DNA of 64,000 nt, taken from a virus (lineage: Duplodnaviria; Caudoviricetes). The notes under the pieces are model-generated. The model was not told where the DNA came from and ran no database searches. It saw only the letters and a program-made list of their open reading frames with translations. The stretch's first letter is position 1. Each line of letters starts with the position of its first letter. Location of the stretch: positions 19,446-83,445 of IMG/VR virus record IMGVR_UViG_3300016659_000057, one strand, 5' to 3'. Position numbers and translations under genes: made by a program. Shown here one piece after another: positions 47,488-55,921 of this stretch.

Positions 47488-47981
47488 GCTACCTGCTAGA
47501 TGCCAACTCTTATATACAAGCTAAAAACGCTCACTATCGAATGAATTTCTGTCCTGGCTTTTGGGATTGGCTCGATACGGCTTTTCAGCTAGGACAACTA
47601 TCGAGCATAACCATGGTGTACAAGGAATTGTCCGATTATGGTGATGAGCTATCGGATTGGGTAAAGATACGTCAAGCGCAGTTCGATACAATTGACGATA
47701 AGGATACTCAGGAGTTTTTCGGGCGAATTGCTGAGCATGTAATGAGTATGAAACTCCCTACAGATCCTGAAAAGATACGTTTCTTAGGTGGTGCAGATCC
47801 TTGGTTAATTGCGAAAGCAGCCACGACCGGTAAAACCATTGTGACTCATGAGGTTTTAGCCCCCGACAATAGCAAAAAAATTAAAATCCCAAATATTTGC
47901 AAGGATTTTGATGTCAACTACATCACATCATTCGACCTACTAGACGTACTCCAGGCCAGGCTTGTTATCGAGAGGCCTTAG
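47484..47981 (+). CDS. DUF4411 (PIN-like) family protein
   Basis: YLLDAN..I.A...Y....CPGFWDWL, ADPWLIAKA, KIPNIC; TTGA overlap. Confidence 0.82.
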   Translation: MSYLLDANSYIQAKNAHYRMNFCPGFWDWLDTAFQLGQLSSITMVYKELSDYGDELSDWVKIRQAQFDTIDDKDTQEFFGRIAEHVMSMKLPTDPEKIRFLGGADPWLIAKAATTGKTIVTHEVLAPDNSKKIKIPNICKDFDVNYITSFDLLDVLQARLVIERP

Positions 47982-47999
47982 GTTTAATTTAGATTTCCC

Positions 48000-48030
48000 G
48001 AGCCCGGCCTAGCGCCGGGCTTCTTGTATC
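48000..48030 (+). terminator. Terminator hairpin, 31-bp repeat copy 1
   Basis: GAGCCCGGCCTAGCGCCGGGCTTCTTGTATC. Confidence 0.7.
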
Positions 48031-48080
48031 TATTCCCTGAGCTGATAAAATCTGTGCCCCTCTCGAATGGACTCGTTTTT

Positions 48081-48425
48081 ATGCGCCTATCCTCGATGCC
48101 ACTGGCCTTCTGCGCCATCTTCACCTGCATTTCCTTCGCCGCCCAAGCCGAAACCCAAAAAGAGAGAGACCTCCACTGCGCGGCCTACTACGAAGTGCTT
48201 TCAGTAGCTGGTGACCAGCCAGACATAAGCCGCAGTCAGTCCTCAAGAGCCTCCTATGTACTATTGGCGCATGCTGGCTATACCCCGCAGGCTCAGGAAG
48301 AAGTTGCGCAAAAAATGGTGGAATTGCACAAAGAGACACCAGGGCGGATGACGCCAGCTAGCACTGCCAAGCTGCGTGAAAAATACGACGCCGAATGCAA
48401 AGTCCTTCTGAAAGCCGCCTTGTGA
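48081..48425 (+). CDS. Secreted/periplasmic moron protein
   Basis: Signal peptide ending AAQA, two Cys in mature part. Confidence 0.7.
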   Translation: MRLSSMPLAFCAIFTCISFAAQAETQKERDLHCAAYYEVLSVAGDQPDISRSQSSRASYVLLAHAGYTPQAQEEVAQKMVELHKETPGRMTPASTAKLREKYDAECKVLLKAAL

Positions 48426-48484
48426 AGATCCTGGTGCTTGTGAGAGCTGTTACCCTGGCGCTAGCAGCATAAGCAGCCATCATT

Positions 48485-48515
48485 GAGCCCGGCCCAGCGC
48501 CGGGCTTCTTGTATC
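48485..48515 (+). terminator. Terminator hairpin, 31-bp repeat copy 2
   Basis: One mismatch to 48000..48030. Confidence 0.7.
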
Positions 48516-48645
48516 CGCCCTTCCCGATCTGGTCTATCGCCAGTGAGGCGTCTATCCATCTGGCCAAGGGCCAAGCCCGCCATGGCCTCTCCCCTACTGG
48601 CGGGCTTTTTGTTATTGCATTCCCCGATCTGGACCCGTGGACTGA

Positions 48646-48837
48646 CTAAGCCAGAATCTTGGAGGCCTGTCGAACGAGATCAAGCCACTCAGCCTCAGTG
48701 ACAACTCCTTCACGCATCAAGCCGTTTGCCATTTCGATGAGAATTTCGTAAAGCTCCTCATAGTCGATATACAGTTCGGTTTCTTCCATCATGGAGCGCC
48801 AAAGGGCTAGCGCATTTTCCTTCCTGTCGTTGCTCAT
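48646..48837 (-). CDS. 63-aa acidic helical hypothetical protein
   Basis: GGTGGTGAG upstream; similar pattern to 8417..8626. Confidence 0.6.
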   Translation of the reverse strand: MSNDRKENALALWRSMMEETELYIDYEELYEILIEMANGLMREGVVTEAEWLDLVRQASKILA

Positions 48838-49053
48838 GCTCACCACCAAATAAGACACAGTTTATTGAGTTCGGAGCGCGTATGAGTGTTCAGTAATTTG
48901 GGTTATCACAAGATTTCGTAACTCCGGTTTATCCGCCACTGAACGGGCTTTTTGTTCCTGGATATAGCGCAGCGCAAGACCTGGTATTCGCCCCCTCAAA
49001 AGGTGCCTGCGAATTAAGTGATAAGGTGTCTGCCCAATTGTGAGGTATACCCA

Positions 49054-49260
49054 ATGAAACAGATCACTGATCGGCTCAAGGAAGAAAGGGTTCGCCTGGG
49101 CCTCACACAGCAAGCACTTGCGACCGCCGGAGGCGTATTGGTCAATGCCCAGGGCAACTATGAGAGAGGCGCTCGAGTGCCGAACGCAAACTACCTGGCC
49201 AATGTCGCAAAAGCCGGCGTTGACGTCCTCTACGTGATAACTGGGGCACGAGCGCATTAG
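49054..49260 (+). CDS. XRE-family HTH regulator (68 aa)
   Basis: DRLKEERVRLGLTQ...YERG.R.P...YL......GVDVLYVITG; GAGG RBS. Confidence 0.85.
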   Translation: MKQITDRLKEERVRLGLTQQALATAGGVLVNAQGNYERGARVPNANYLANVAKAGVDVLYVITGARAH

Positions 49261-49371
49261 TTTGGACGTGCGACCGATTCGCGTCGTTAGCAGCAATTGA
49301 TCGTCCGCAGGGCCGATGGTGGCTGTACGCCACGAATGGTAGAGTGCTGGCTCAATTACGGGAGGGATCCA

Positions 49372-49947
49372 ATGAAAGGATTTGGGACATTCGCACTGGT
49401 CGTCGGCGCGTGCTGGCTGATCTTCGCGCTGAGCATGGATGTGTCAGTGCCTACCGGCGCCGGCGGCCGAGTGAACAACCTAGGGCTCATGGCTGACCGC
49501 CAGATCCACACCATTGTTGGCGGAGTGATTGCGCTCGCCGGCCTTCTCATGGTTTTGCTTGGTGGTAAAGGCTCCCCTGCTGCCGCCCAGGTAGAGAAAG
49601 ATACTCGCCCCTGCCCTATGTGTGCCGAGAGCATCAAGACTGCTGCGGTCAAGTGCAAGCACTGCTGCGCCGATGTTGAGCCACTAGCCGCCCCGCGCCT
49701 TAAAAATGGATGGGTTGCATCAACTGCCTGCCGTGACGAAGAAGAACAGCAGCGAACCATTGAGGCAATTACCAGTACCGGGCTTCCAGTAGTTTCTATG
49801 ATCGGCCTGGCTGTAGGTGCCGGCCCATATGAAACCAAGGAAGAGGCCAAGGCAGCCCTGGTCACTATGCGTGATGGCCCCAGGCTGTTCAGCGAGATCG
49901 TCTACAGAGACTCGGTGAGCGGCAAGTACCCACCGATTACGGACTGA
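49372..49947 (+). CDS. Membrane protein with Zn-ribbon
   Basis: Two TMs, CPMCAESIK..A.KCKHC; GGAGG RBS. Confidence 0.75.
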   Translation: MKGFGTFALVVGACWLIFALSMDVSVPTGAGGRVNNLGLMADRQIHTIVGGVIALAGLLMVLLGGKGSPAAAQVEKDTRPCPMCAESIKTAAVKCKHCCADVEPLAAPRLKNGWVASTACRDEEEQQRTIEAITSTGLPVVSMIGLAVGAGPYETKEEAKAALVTMRDGPRLFSEIVYRDSVSGKYPPITD

Positions 49948-49995
49948 CTAACCATGCTTAAGTGAGCCCGCAACGAGCGGGCTTTTTCATGCCTA

Positions 49996-50307
49996 TCAGA
50001 AAGGCGCCGCCTCTTCTTCTGGCTGAAACTCGACCTCTCCCCTCCCCGCTACCTCGACTTCCTGCTGCTCCCACCTCACCGTCACGCTGCCGTCGTCATT
50101 GAGTGTCAGCTCAAGCTCGTCGGTTTCGGCGATTACGCTCAGCACCTCTTCCCACTCGCGATCTCCATCCGTGTCCAGGCGGTGAATCGTCACCTCCCGC
50201 CGCTCTTGGGCGATGGGGTGGCTGATCATCGATGAGACGCGCAGCCCCAGACGCGCCATGCCGCTCATTTCCTGCCGTGCTGCCGATACCGCCTGCTTCT
50301 TCGCCAT
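49996..50307 (-). CDS. DUF1654-like protein
   Basis: LGLRVSSMISHP.AQ......I.RLD.D....WE pattern; GGAGGG RBS. Confidence 0.72.
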   Translation of the reverse strand: MAKKQAVSAARQEMSGMARLGLRVSSMISHPIAQERREVTIHRLDTDGDREWEEVLSVIAETDELELTLNDDGSVTVRWEQQEVEVAGRGEVEFQPEEEAAPF

Positions 50308-50329
50308 GAAATCCCCTCCCGGTTAAATG

Positions 50330-50345
50330 CTGTATATCCATACAG
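50330..50345. promoter_or_regulatory. LexA (SOS) box
   Basis: CTGT-atatccat-ACAG upstream of 49996..50307. Confidence 0.8.
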
Positions 50346-50427
50346 GTTAGGCAAAGCTTATATCAGCCCCGATCTGAATGTCACCACCAAAAAGGGGAAT
50401 AACCAGCAGGAGAAATTTCTTTAAATA

Positions 50428-50469
50428 ATTAGGCATTACCTATTTACAGGTGATTAGGCATTAGCTTAT
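50428..50469. promoter_or_regulatory. OL-like operators (two 17-bp sites)
   Basis: ATTAGGCATTACCTATT and ATTAGGCATTAGCTTAT match OR consensus. Confidence 0.78.
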
Positions 50470-50706
50470 CTTTGCTCCATCGAGTCACCCAACAGGGCTC
50501 GACAGGGCCTCACAGCCTACCGCTCTTTGGTTTCACCCCTTGCCGGATCACCACCGGCCCAGATTCAAAGGCAGCGATGAACCGGCCTAAACGGTTCAGA
50601 GGGTTGGCAACTGACCCGGGCGTGCAGCGTAAAGCGCCAAGAACAGTTATCCAGCGGGAGAACAAGCCGAAAGGCCCGCGGCTGGAGTGACATTTGATTC
50701 AAGCCG

Positions 50707-50731
50707 GTGACCGACGCCAGTAGCGGGTCAC
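50707..50731 (+). ncRNA. Candidate cis RNA stem-loop, copy 1
   Basis: GTGACC-GA-CGC-CAGTA-GCG-GGTCAC. Confidence 0.45.
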
Positions 50732-50977
50732 GGCCAGCTCCAAAAGATTTGAATTAGCGGGCCCGATAGCTTCGGCTGGGAACGCCGGACCTCATGCACC
50801 CTGCCCACCTAACCGGGCAAACGAGCTGCAGCGTGCATGTTGTAGGGACCTGTGATCCAAGGCGAACAGATGCTGATTGACGCCCTGGGGAGGAAGCTCA
50901 CCGCCAACCTACGAAGACGAACGGCCAGCCCTGCAATCAACAGCGGGCAACGGGCCACACCGCTGATGCAACAAACC

Positions 50978-51002
50978 CAGGCCGTCGCCAGTAGCGGGCC
51001 TG
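50978..51002 (+). ncRNA. Candidate cis RNA stem-loop, copy 2
   Basis: CAGGCC-GT-CGC-CAGTA-GCG-GGCCTG. Confidence 0.45.
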
Positions 51003-51116
51003 GGCACCCTTACCCACCTCTATTACGTCAGCACTCCTCCCCCGCGCCCATCGGCAACCAGCGGGAGGCATGAGTGTTGACGAATACAGGTGAACCAAAA
51101 TGCAACGGAGCAAGCC

Positions 51117-51575
51117 ATGAGCAAGCAGCCAAGCAAGATCCAATACGCCTACCAGATATTCAAGCCTTCAAGCCTCGATGCCCATTTTGGTGGCGGGTTC
51201 AACTCTCGCGTTCAAGGAGTTGAGCTTGCTGATGCCATCGACGGCGCATACAAGGCCGAGCGCATGCAGGGATGGTACAAGGCCGACGAAATGATCCGCG
51301 ACGGCAAGATCTACTTCATCCATCCATTCCCGCACGGCCAGTGTAAGCAGACTGGCTTCGTCTACGGCGGCACCTGGGCCTGCAACACCTGCCGCACTGA
51401 CGGATTCCAGAAGCCTTGGTGGGCCATCCGCGTCATGAAGGATGGCAGTGCGTGGTGCGTGGTAGGCGAAGGGTTTGAAGACCTGCAGTCGTCGGCCAAC
51501 TACGCATTCGGCGATACCCGCGAAGAAGCACTCAACGCGTACGCCGAACTGATGAATCAGCCGGTAGCCGCCTAA
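51117..51575 (+). CDS. Early hypothetical protein
   Basis: GGAG RBS; CKQ...WACNTC. Confidence 0.7.
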   Translation: MSKQPSKIQYAYQIFKPSSLDAHFGGGFNSRVQGVELADAIDGAYKAERMQGWYKADEMIRDGKIYFIHPFPHGQCKQTGFVYGGTWACNTCRTDGFQKPWWAIRVMKDGSAWCVVGEGFEDLQSSANYAFGDTREEALNAYAELMNQPVAA

Positions 51576-51596
51576 CCCCAAACACTGGAGGTCGCC

Positions 51597-51773
51597 ATGG
51601 CCAAAGAGCTTGTAGCTCACGTTTGCAAGATCTGCGGCAGTGCCTGGCCTACGCGGAAGAAGGCAAAGCTGCACGTCAACCTCAAACACCACGACCGCGT
51701 CTACGTCCAGCACGGGCCGGGGCAGCACGTCGATTACCTGTGGCTGGAACTTGAACGCTGGAGGCAACTATGA
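51597..51773 (+). CDS. 58-aa C2H2 zinc-finger protein (below ORF-track cut-off)
   Basis: GGAGG RBS; CKIC-x12-HVNLKH; stop overlaps next ATG. Confidence 0.7.
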   Translation: MAKELVAHVCKICGSAWPTRKKAKLHVNLKHHDRVYVQHGPGQHVDYLWLELERWRQL

Positions 51774-52198
51774 ACGCAGCATTGAAGATATGCCAGGAGC
51801 GTTACGACGCTCAGTTGCCGCCCCCAGTGAGCGAGTCGGCGGTGGAGATTGCGCGCAGTGAGTGGCTGTACAACGCCACGGAGCAGCTGGTGCGGTTCGG
51901 TCAAGACGTGAAGGTGCAGCGGCGCCTGCGCAGGCCTCAGGTCGTCACGGTCGCCCAGTTGGCACTGGCGGCGGATGAAATTGCGAACAACCGGCAGGCG
52001 AGCTGTGAGGTGGGCACGCCAGCGCTTGGCTGGCTTCTGATCGCCAACAACTGCGGGCGAGCCGACAAAGACGCTACCGCCGAACTGCTTGGCCGAAGTG
52101 ACAACCCCTTCGGAAAGCTTGGCGAAATTGCAGAGGCCCTACTTCGGCCCCTCGCTGACGATGCACTGGCCGCCCAGGCCGAGGACGAAGAACTATGA
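51770..52198 (+). CDS. Early hypothetical protein
   Basis: GGAGG RBS, coupled. Confidence 0.72.
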   Translation: MNAALKICQERYDAQLPPPVSESAVEIARSEWLYNATEQLVRFGQDVKVQRRLRRPQVVTVAQLALAADEIANNRQASCEVGTPALGWLLIANNCGRADKDATAELLGRSDNPFGKLGEIAEALLRPLADDALAAQAEDEEL

Positions 52199-52410
52199 AT
52201 ACCCATACCGCCCTCGCCCGCCTGGGCCTGGAAATCGCCAAGATGAAGAAGTCCTGCACGCCGGTACCGGATCGCACCTTTGTCATGGGCATGATCGAAA
52301 TGGCCGAGTTCGCCGATCTGGTCGACTCCCCTACCGCCAACCGTTACCGCGATGCGCTGGATGCAAAGTTCGTCGAGCGCAATACGCAGCTCAAGGAGGC
52401 TGTCGCATGA
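52195..52410 (+). CDS. Early hypothetical protein
   Basis: ATGA-coupled. Confidence 0.68.
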   Translation: MNTHTALARLGLEIAKMKKSCTPVPDRTFVMGMIEMAEFADLVDSPTANRYRDALDAKFVERNTQLKEAVA

Positions 52411-52616
52411 CCACGCCAATCCTGAAATCGCTGATCGACGAGCAAATCGAAGAACTGCCCGCCGACCGCATGATCCTGGCCTTCACTCACACTAAGTGGC
52501 TGGGCGCCCTCTCGCTGGCCCATGACGCCGGCATCCCCAATGTTCACGCGTGGAGCGGCCGGGCCTGCATGTGCGGTGAGTGGACTGTGGCCTATGCCGT
52601 GAAGGTGGCGCCATGA
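52407..52616 (+). CDS. Early hypothetical protein
   Basis: AAGGAGG RBS, ATGA-coupled. Confidence 0.68.
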   Translation: MTTPILKSLIDEQIEELPADRMILAFTHTKWLGALSLAHDAGIPNVHAWSGRACMCGEWTVAYAVKVAP

Positions 52617-52834
52617 AGTTTCGCAGGTTCGACGCCGCGGACGCAGCCTACATCCGTGCTGCCCAGGCCAAGCGTGAGCGCCGCCGGTTGCGCAATATCG
52701 ACAACGAGGCAGCCCAGGGCCGATACCCTGAAGAGCTTCCATGCCACGGCTGTGGCAACAAGTACGGGGAAGCCAATTATGACGACGGCTATGACCGTCG
52801 CTACTACTGCGGCGGTCAGTGGTGCTGCCCTTGA
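52613..52834 (+). CDS. Early Cys-rich hypothetical protein
   Basis: CHGCG...YCGGQWCCP, coupled. Confidence 0.62.
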   Translation: MKFRRFDAADAAYIRAAQAKRERRRLRNIDNEAAQGRYPEELPCHGCGNKYGEANYDDGYDRRYYCGGQWCCP

Positions 52835-52950
52835 CCAGCCACCAGCAGCACCGGCGCCAGGCCATCCGCCTGACCTCGGCCATCGTTGGCCTGACCTTCC
52901 TCACCATCGTTCTACTGGCCCCCGCTATCGGCGGGCTCATTACTCAATAA
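52831..52950 (+). CDS. 39-aa single-TM peptide
   Basis: TTG overlapping upstream TGA; MTSHQQHRRQAIRLTSAIVGLTFLTIVLLAPAIGGLITQ. Confidence 0.5.
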   Translation: MTSHQQHRRQAIRLTSAIVGLTFLTIVLLAPAIGGLITQ

Positions 52951-52993
52951 ACAAAACCTTTAATCGCTGCGAGCATCGCGGCAAGGAATCCCC

Positions 52994-53320
52994 ATGTCGG
53001 AACAAAAGCACACCCCAGCACCGTGGACCGTCCGCGAGGTGCAGCACAGCAACGTTCCCGGCCAGCGCGCTTTCGCCATCGACTTCAACGAGGACCAGGA
53101 ACAGGTCGTCGACTGGGTGTACGAAGAAGCCGACGCGAAGCTTATTGCCCAGGCACCCGGCCTTCTTGCAGATCTGATTGTCGCTGCCGGAACGCTGCGT
53201 CATTACGAGGCCTTGCACCGTGCCAAGGGCACTGCCGAAAGCACCGCGAAGGCCGAGGTAAACGCCGGCCTTGCTGGTCGCTTCGAGAAAACCATTGCCA
53301 AAGCCCGCGGTGACCAATGA
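52994..53320 (+). CDS. Early protein, HTPxPW...LIAxAP family
   Basis: KHTPAPW...DAKLIAQAP.LL. Confidence 0.72.
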   Translation: MSEQKHTPAPWTVREVQHSNVPGQRAFAIDFNEDQEQVVDWVYEEADAKLIAQAPGLLADLIVAAGTLRHYEALHRAKGTAESTAKAEVNAGLAGRFEKTIAKARGDQ

Positions 53321-53622
53321 ATGAGCACACGCCTGGGCCTTGGGTAATCATCCCCGGTGGTGACGAATGGGCTAGTGGAAGAATAGCGACCATCGAGCCA
53401 AAGCCGAAAACCATGGTTGAGACCAACTACTGGACTGTCGCCGAAGTGAATTATCGCCGCGATGAGCATTTGGCCAATGCCAAGCTGATCGCCGCCGCAC
53501 CGGATCTGCTTAAGGCGCTGGAAATGTGCATTGAGTGGATGGGTGATCGTCGCGACGTATCACCGGAGTCCATCGACGCTTGGGTCAAAGGCCGATACGC
53601 GATCGCCAAAGCCATCCAATAA
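53317..53622 (+). CDS. Early protein, HTPxPW...LIAxAP family
   Basis: EHTPGPW...NAKLIAAAPDLL. Confidence 0.72.
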   Translation: MNEHTPGPWVIIPGGDEWASGRIATIEPKPKTMVETNYWTVAEVNYRRDEHLANAKLIAAAPDLLKALEMCIEWMGDRRDVSPESIDAWVKGRYAIAKAIQ

Positions 53623-53665
53623 CCCCCTTCACAGCGCCCCTCTCCGGTGGCGCGGAGAGACAGTA

Positions 53666-54397
53666 ATGTCCGATAAAAACATGCAGATCTGGAATCGCGT
53701 CGAGAAGACGGATACCCGGTACACCAAAGACGCGAAGGTCGGTGGCCAGCAGATCACCAGCCTGAATGGTACGGCGATGATCATGAAGGCCACCGAAGTG
53801 TTCGGTCCGGCAGGCATCGGTTTCGGCTGGAAAGTGCTGGAAGAGCGTTTCGACCCTGGCGTCGAGGTGTTCATCGGCGAAGGTGACAAGCGCTCCAGCC
53901 TGGGCTTTACCAGTAACCACACTGTTCGTATCGCCTTCTGGTTCGTGCTCGACGGCCAGCGCGGCGAGATCGAATCGTATGGCTGCACAAACTACATCTA
54001 CAAGGCGTCGTACGGGATGCTCACAGATGGCGAGGCCCCAAAGAAAAGCCTCACCGACGCAATCAAGAAGGCTTTGAGCTCGCTCGGGTTCAGCGCCGAC
54101 GTGTTCCTGGGGATGTTCGACGACAAGGACTACGTCAACGCTCTGGCTGATGAGCAAGCGATCGAGCAGGCCGAAGACAAGGTCGCCGAGGAAGAGCGCC
54201 AAAAACAGGAGCGCCTGGACTACATCGCGTCCGTTATAGGGTCCTTAAAGACCGCCAAGACGCCGAAGGAGCTCAAAGCATTCCATGACGTTGCTGTCCG
54301 TCGCCTCACGCTGCGCAACGACACCAAGGCCGTTACCCGGATCGTGCGCGAGTACGACGATCAGAAAGTCCGGTTCGAACAGGAGTCAGCAGCATGA
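53666..54397 (+). CDS. Single-strand annealing recombinase (Rad52/Rad22-like)
   Basis: KTD..YTK...ATEVFGP.G.G.GW, A.KKSLTDAIKKALS.LGF.ADVF.G.FDD. Confidence 0.72.
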   Translation: MSDKNMQIWNRVEKTDTRYTKDAKVGGQQITSLNGTAMIMKATEVFGPAGIGFGWKVLEERFDPGVEVFIGEGDKRSSLGFTSNHTVRIAFWFVLDGQRGEIESYGCTNYIYKASYGMLTDGEAPKKSLTDAIKKALSSLGFSADVFLGMFDDKDYVNALADEQAIEQAEDKVAEEERQKQERLDYIASVIGSLKTAKTPKELKAFHDVAVRRLTLRNDTKAVTRIVREYDDQKVRFEQESAA

Positions 54398-54891
54398 CGA
54401 CGCTCTATACCATTGCCGAGCAGTTCAAGGAACTGGCAATCCTGGCTGAAACAGCCGACGAAGACCTGGCCGTCGCACTGCGCGACACCATGGAAGGGAT
54501 CGAGGGCGAGTTCCAGGAGAAGGGTAAGGCAATCGCCATGATTACCCTGAACATCGACGGCGACCTTGAGGCCATCCAATCCCAGATTGACCGGCTGACC
54601 GAGCGCAAGCGGATCATCAACAACCGCAAGGAAAGCCTCAAGGAGTACCTGCGCAGCAACATGGACGCGGCAGGGATCACCAAGATTACCCACCCGCTGT
54701 TCACCATCACCTGCGGCAAGGGCAAGCCCATCGTGGTCATCGACGACGAAAAGGCCATACCCGACGACTTCGTCAACATCAAAGTAACCAGCGCGCCGGA
54801 CAAGGCAGCCATCGCCAAGGCCTTGAAGGATGGACAGGAGGTCCCTGGCGCCCACTCCGAGATCGGCAAAAGCTCGATCAGCATCAAGTGA
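54394..54891 (+). CDS. Siphovirus Gp157 family protein
   Basis: LYTIAEQF...IP.DF......PDK.AI.KALK.G.EVPGA. Confidence 0.85.
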   Translation: MTTLYTIAEQFKELAILAETADEDLAVALRDTMEGIEGEFQEKGKAIAMITLNIDGDLEAIQSQIDRLTERKRIINNRKESLKEYLRSNMDAAGITKITHPLFTITCGKGKPIVVIDDEKAIPDDFVNIKVTSAPDKAAIAKALKDGQEVPGAHSEIGKSSISIK

Positions 54892-54898
54892 GGTCAGC

Positions 54899-55489
54899 AT
54901 GATCAGCATCCTACAGAACGAAGTAGAACGCCTTCGGAAGTCTTCGAACGAGCTGGCCGCCCAGGTCGCTGAGTTTGTGGCGGCCGGCGGTGAGATAGAG
55001 GAAATAAAGCCGCCGCCACCACCGAAACCGGTCGTCTACGTACCTCAAGAGCCTCCAGCGCCCAAGCCGTTCGTTCGGCGCCGGGTTGAAGCAGCTCCCC
55101 TGCCCCTGGACAGGGAAGATGTTCGGGGGCAGGCCAGGCTAAAGCTGGTGGAGCACATGCGCCAACTGAGCACCACGCACACCCAAACAGAGGCCGCCGC
55201 CGCCCTGGGCATCAGTCGCCGCAACGTCTACAAGCACGCCACCATGAACGACATCACGTTCAAGAAGCCGGAACGAGGCGGTGCGAACAACAACTACCGC
55301 CGAGACCAAATGGGTGAGCGCGACGCGAAGTACGCCGAGCGCATCCGTGCATTCCTGGAGCTTGGAATCACACGGCGCCAGTGCTGCGGGAAGCTCGCCA
55401 TCAACAATAAGGCCTTTGAGCGGATCATCGCGGCCCACGGCATCGACTATCCAAAGGCCCGTCGCGGAAGCACCTCATGCGCCGCATAG
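54899..55489 (+). CDS. Hypothetical protein with HTH-like segments
   Basis: TQTEAAAALGISRRNV; GAGG RBS. Confidence 0.7.
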   Translation: MISILQNEVERLRKSSNELAAQVAEFVAAGGEIEEIKPPPPPKPVVYVPQEPPAPKPFVRRRVEAAPLPLDREDVRGQARLKLVEHMRQLSTTHTQTEAAAALGISRRNVYKHATMNDITFKKPERGGANNNYRRDQMGERDAKYAERIRAFLELGITRRQCCGKLAINNKAFERIIAAHGIDYPKARRGSTSCAA

Positions 55490-55558
55490 CCCGCACCCAG
55501 CAACGCAAACGTCAACCCTGGCTCGCTCTGCCGGCCAGCGGAATAGAAGAGGTTGGCC

Positions 55559-55870
55559 ATGGCAGCCGCGCAGAAAGAACGATCAGCAAAGACTGCGGCG
55601 AGGCGAAAGACTCGCGGCGAGGAAGAATTGCGACTCCACACCATGGCCGGCACCCGCCAAGCCTTGGCTGACCTAATGGCCTGGCACGGCATCGAGGAAC
55701 AGGGCGAGGCGATGACGCTGATGATTCACCATCTGCACGGCCTCGGCCCAGCGGGTTCAGCGCAGTTCCTCGCGCCGCCGCGACACGAATACGTGATACC
55801 CGAAAACGTGTCGGCAAAATTGCAGCTCGCCTACAACCGCGAATCGATACGCATCTGCCACGACGAATAA
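55559..55870 (+). CDS. Early hypothetical protein
   Basis: GAGG RBS; GEEELRL ribbon-like motif. Confidence 0.68.
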   Translation: MAAAQKERSAKTAARRKTRGEEELRLHTMAGTRQALADLMAWHGIEEQGEAMTLMIHHLHGLGPAGSAQFLAPPRHEYVIPENVSAKLQLAYNRESIRICHDE

Positions 55871-55921
55871 CCAAAAAAGCCGATCCCCACGACTGGCTTG
55901 GCTCAATCCTGAGGAATACCC

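Noticed and set aside
48862-49296. 144-aa minus-strand ORF
   Set aside because: Largely antisense to the well-supported XRE gene; no RBS or motif. A shorter 3' ORF cannot be excluded.
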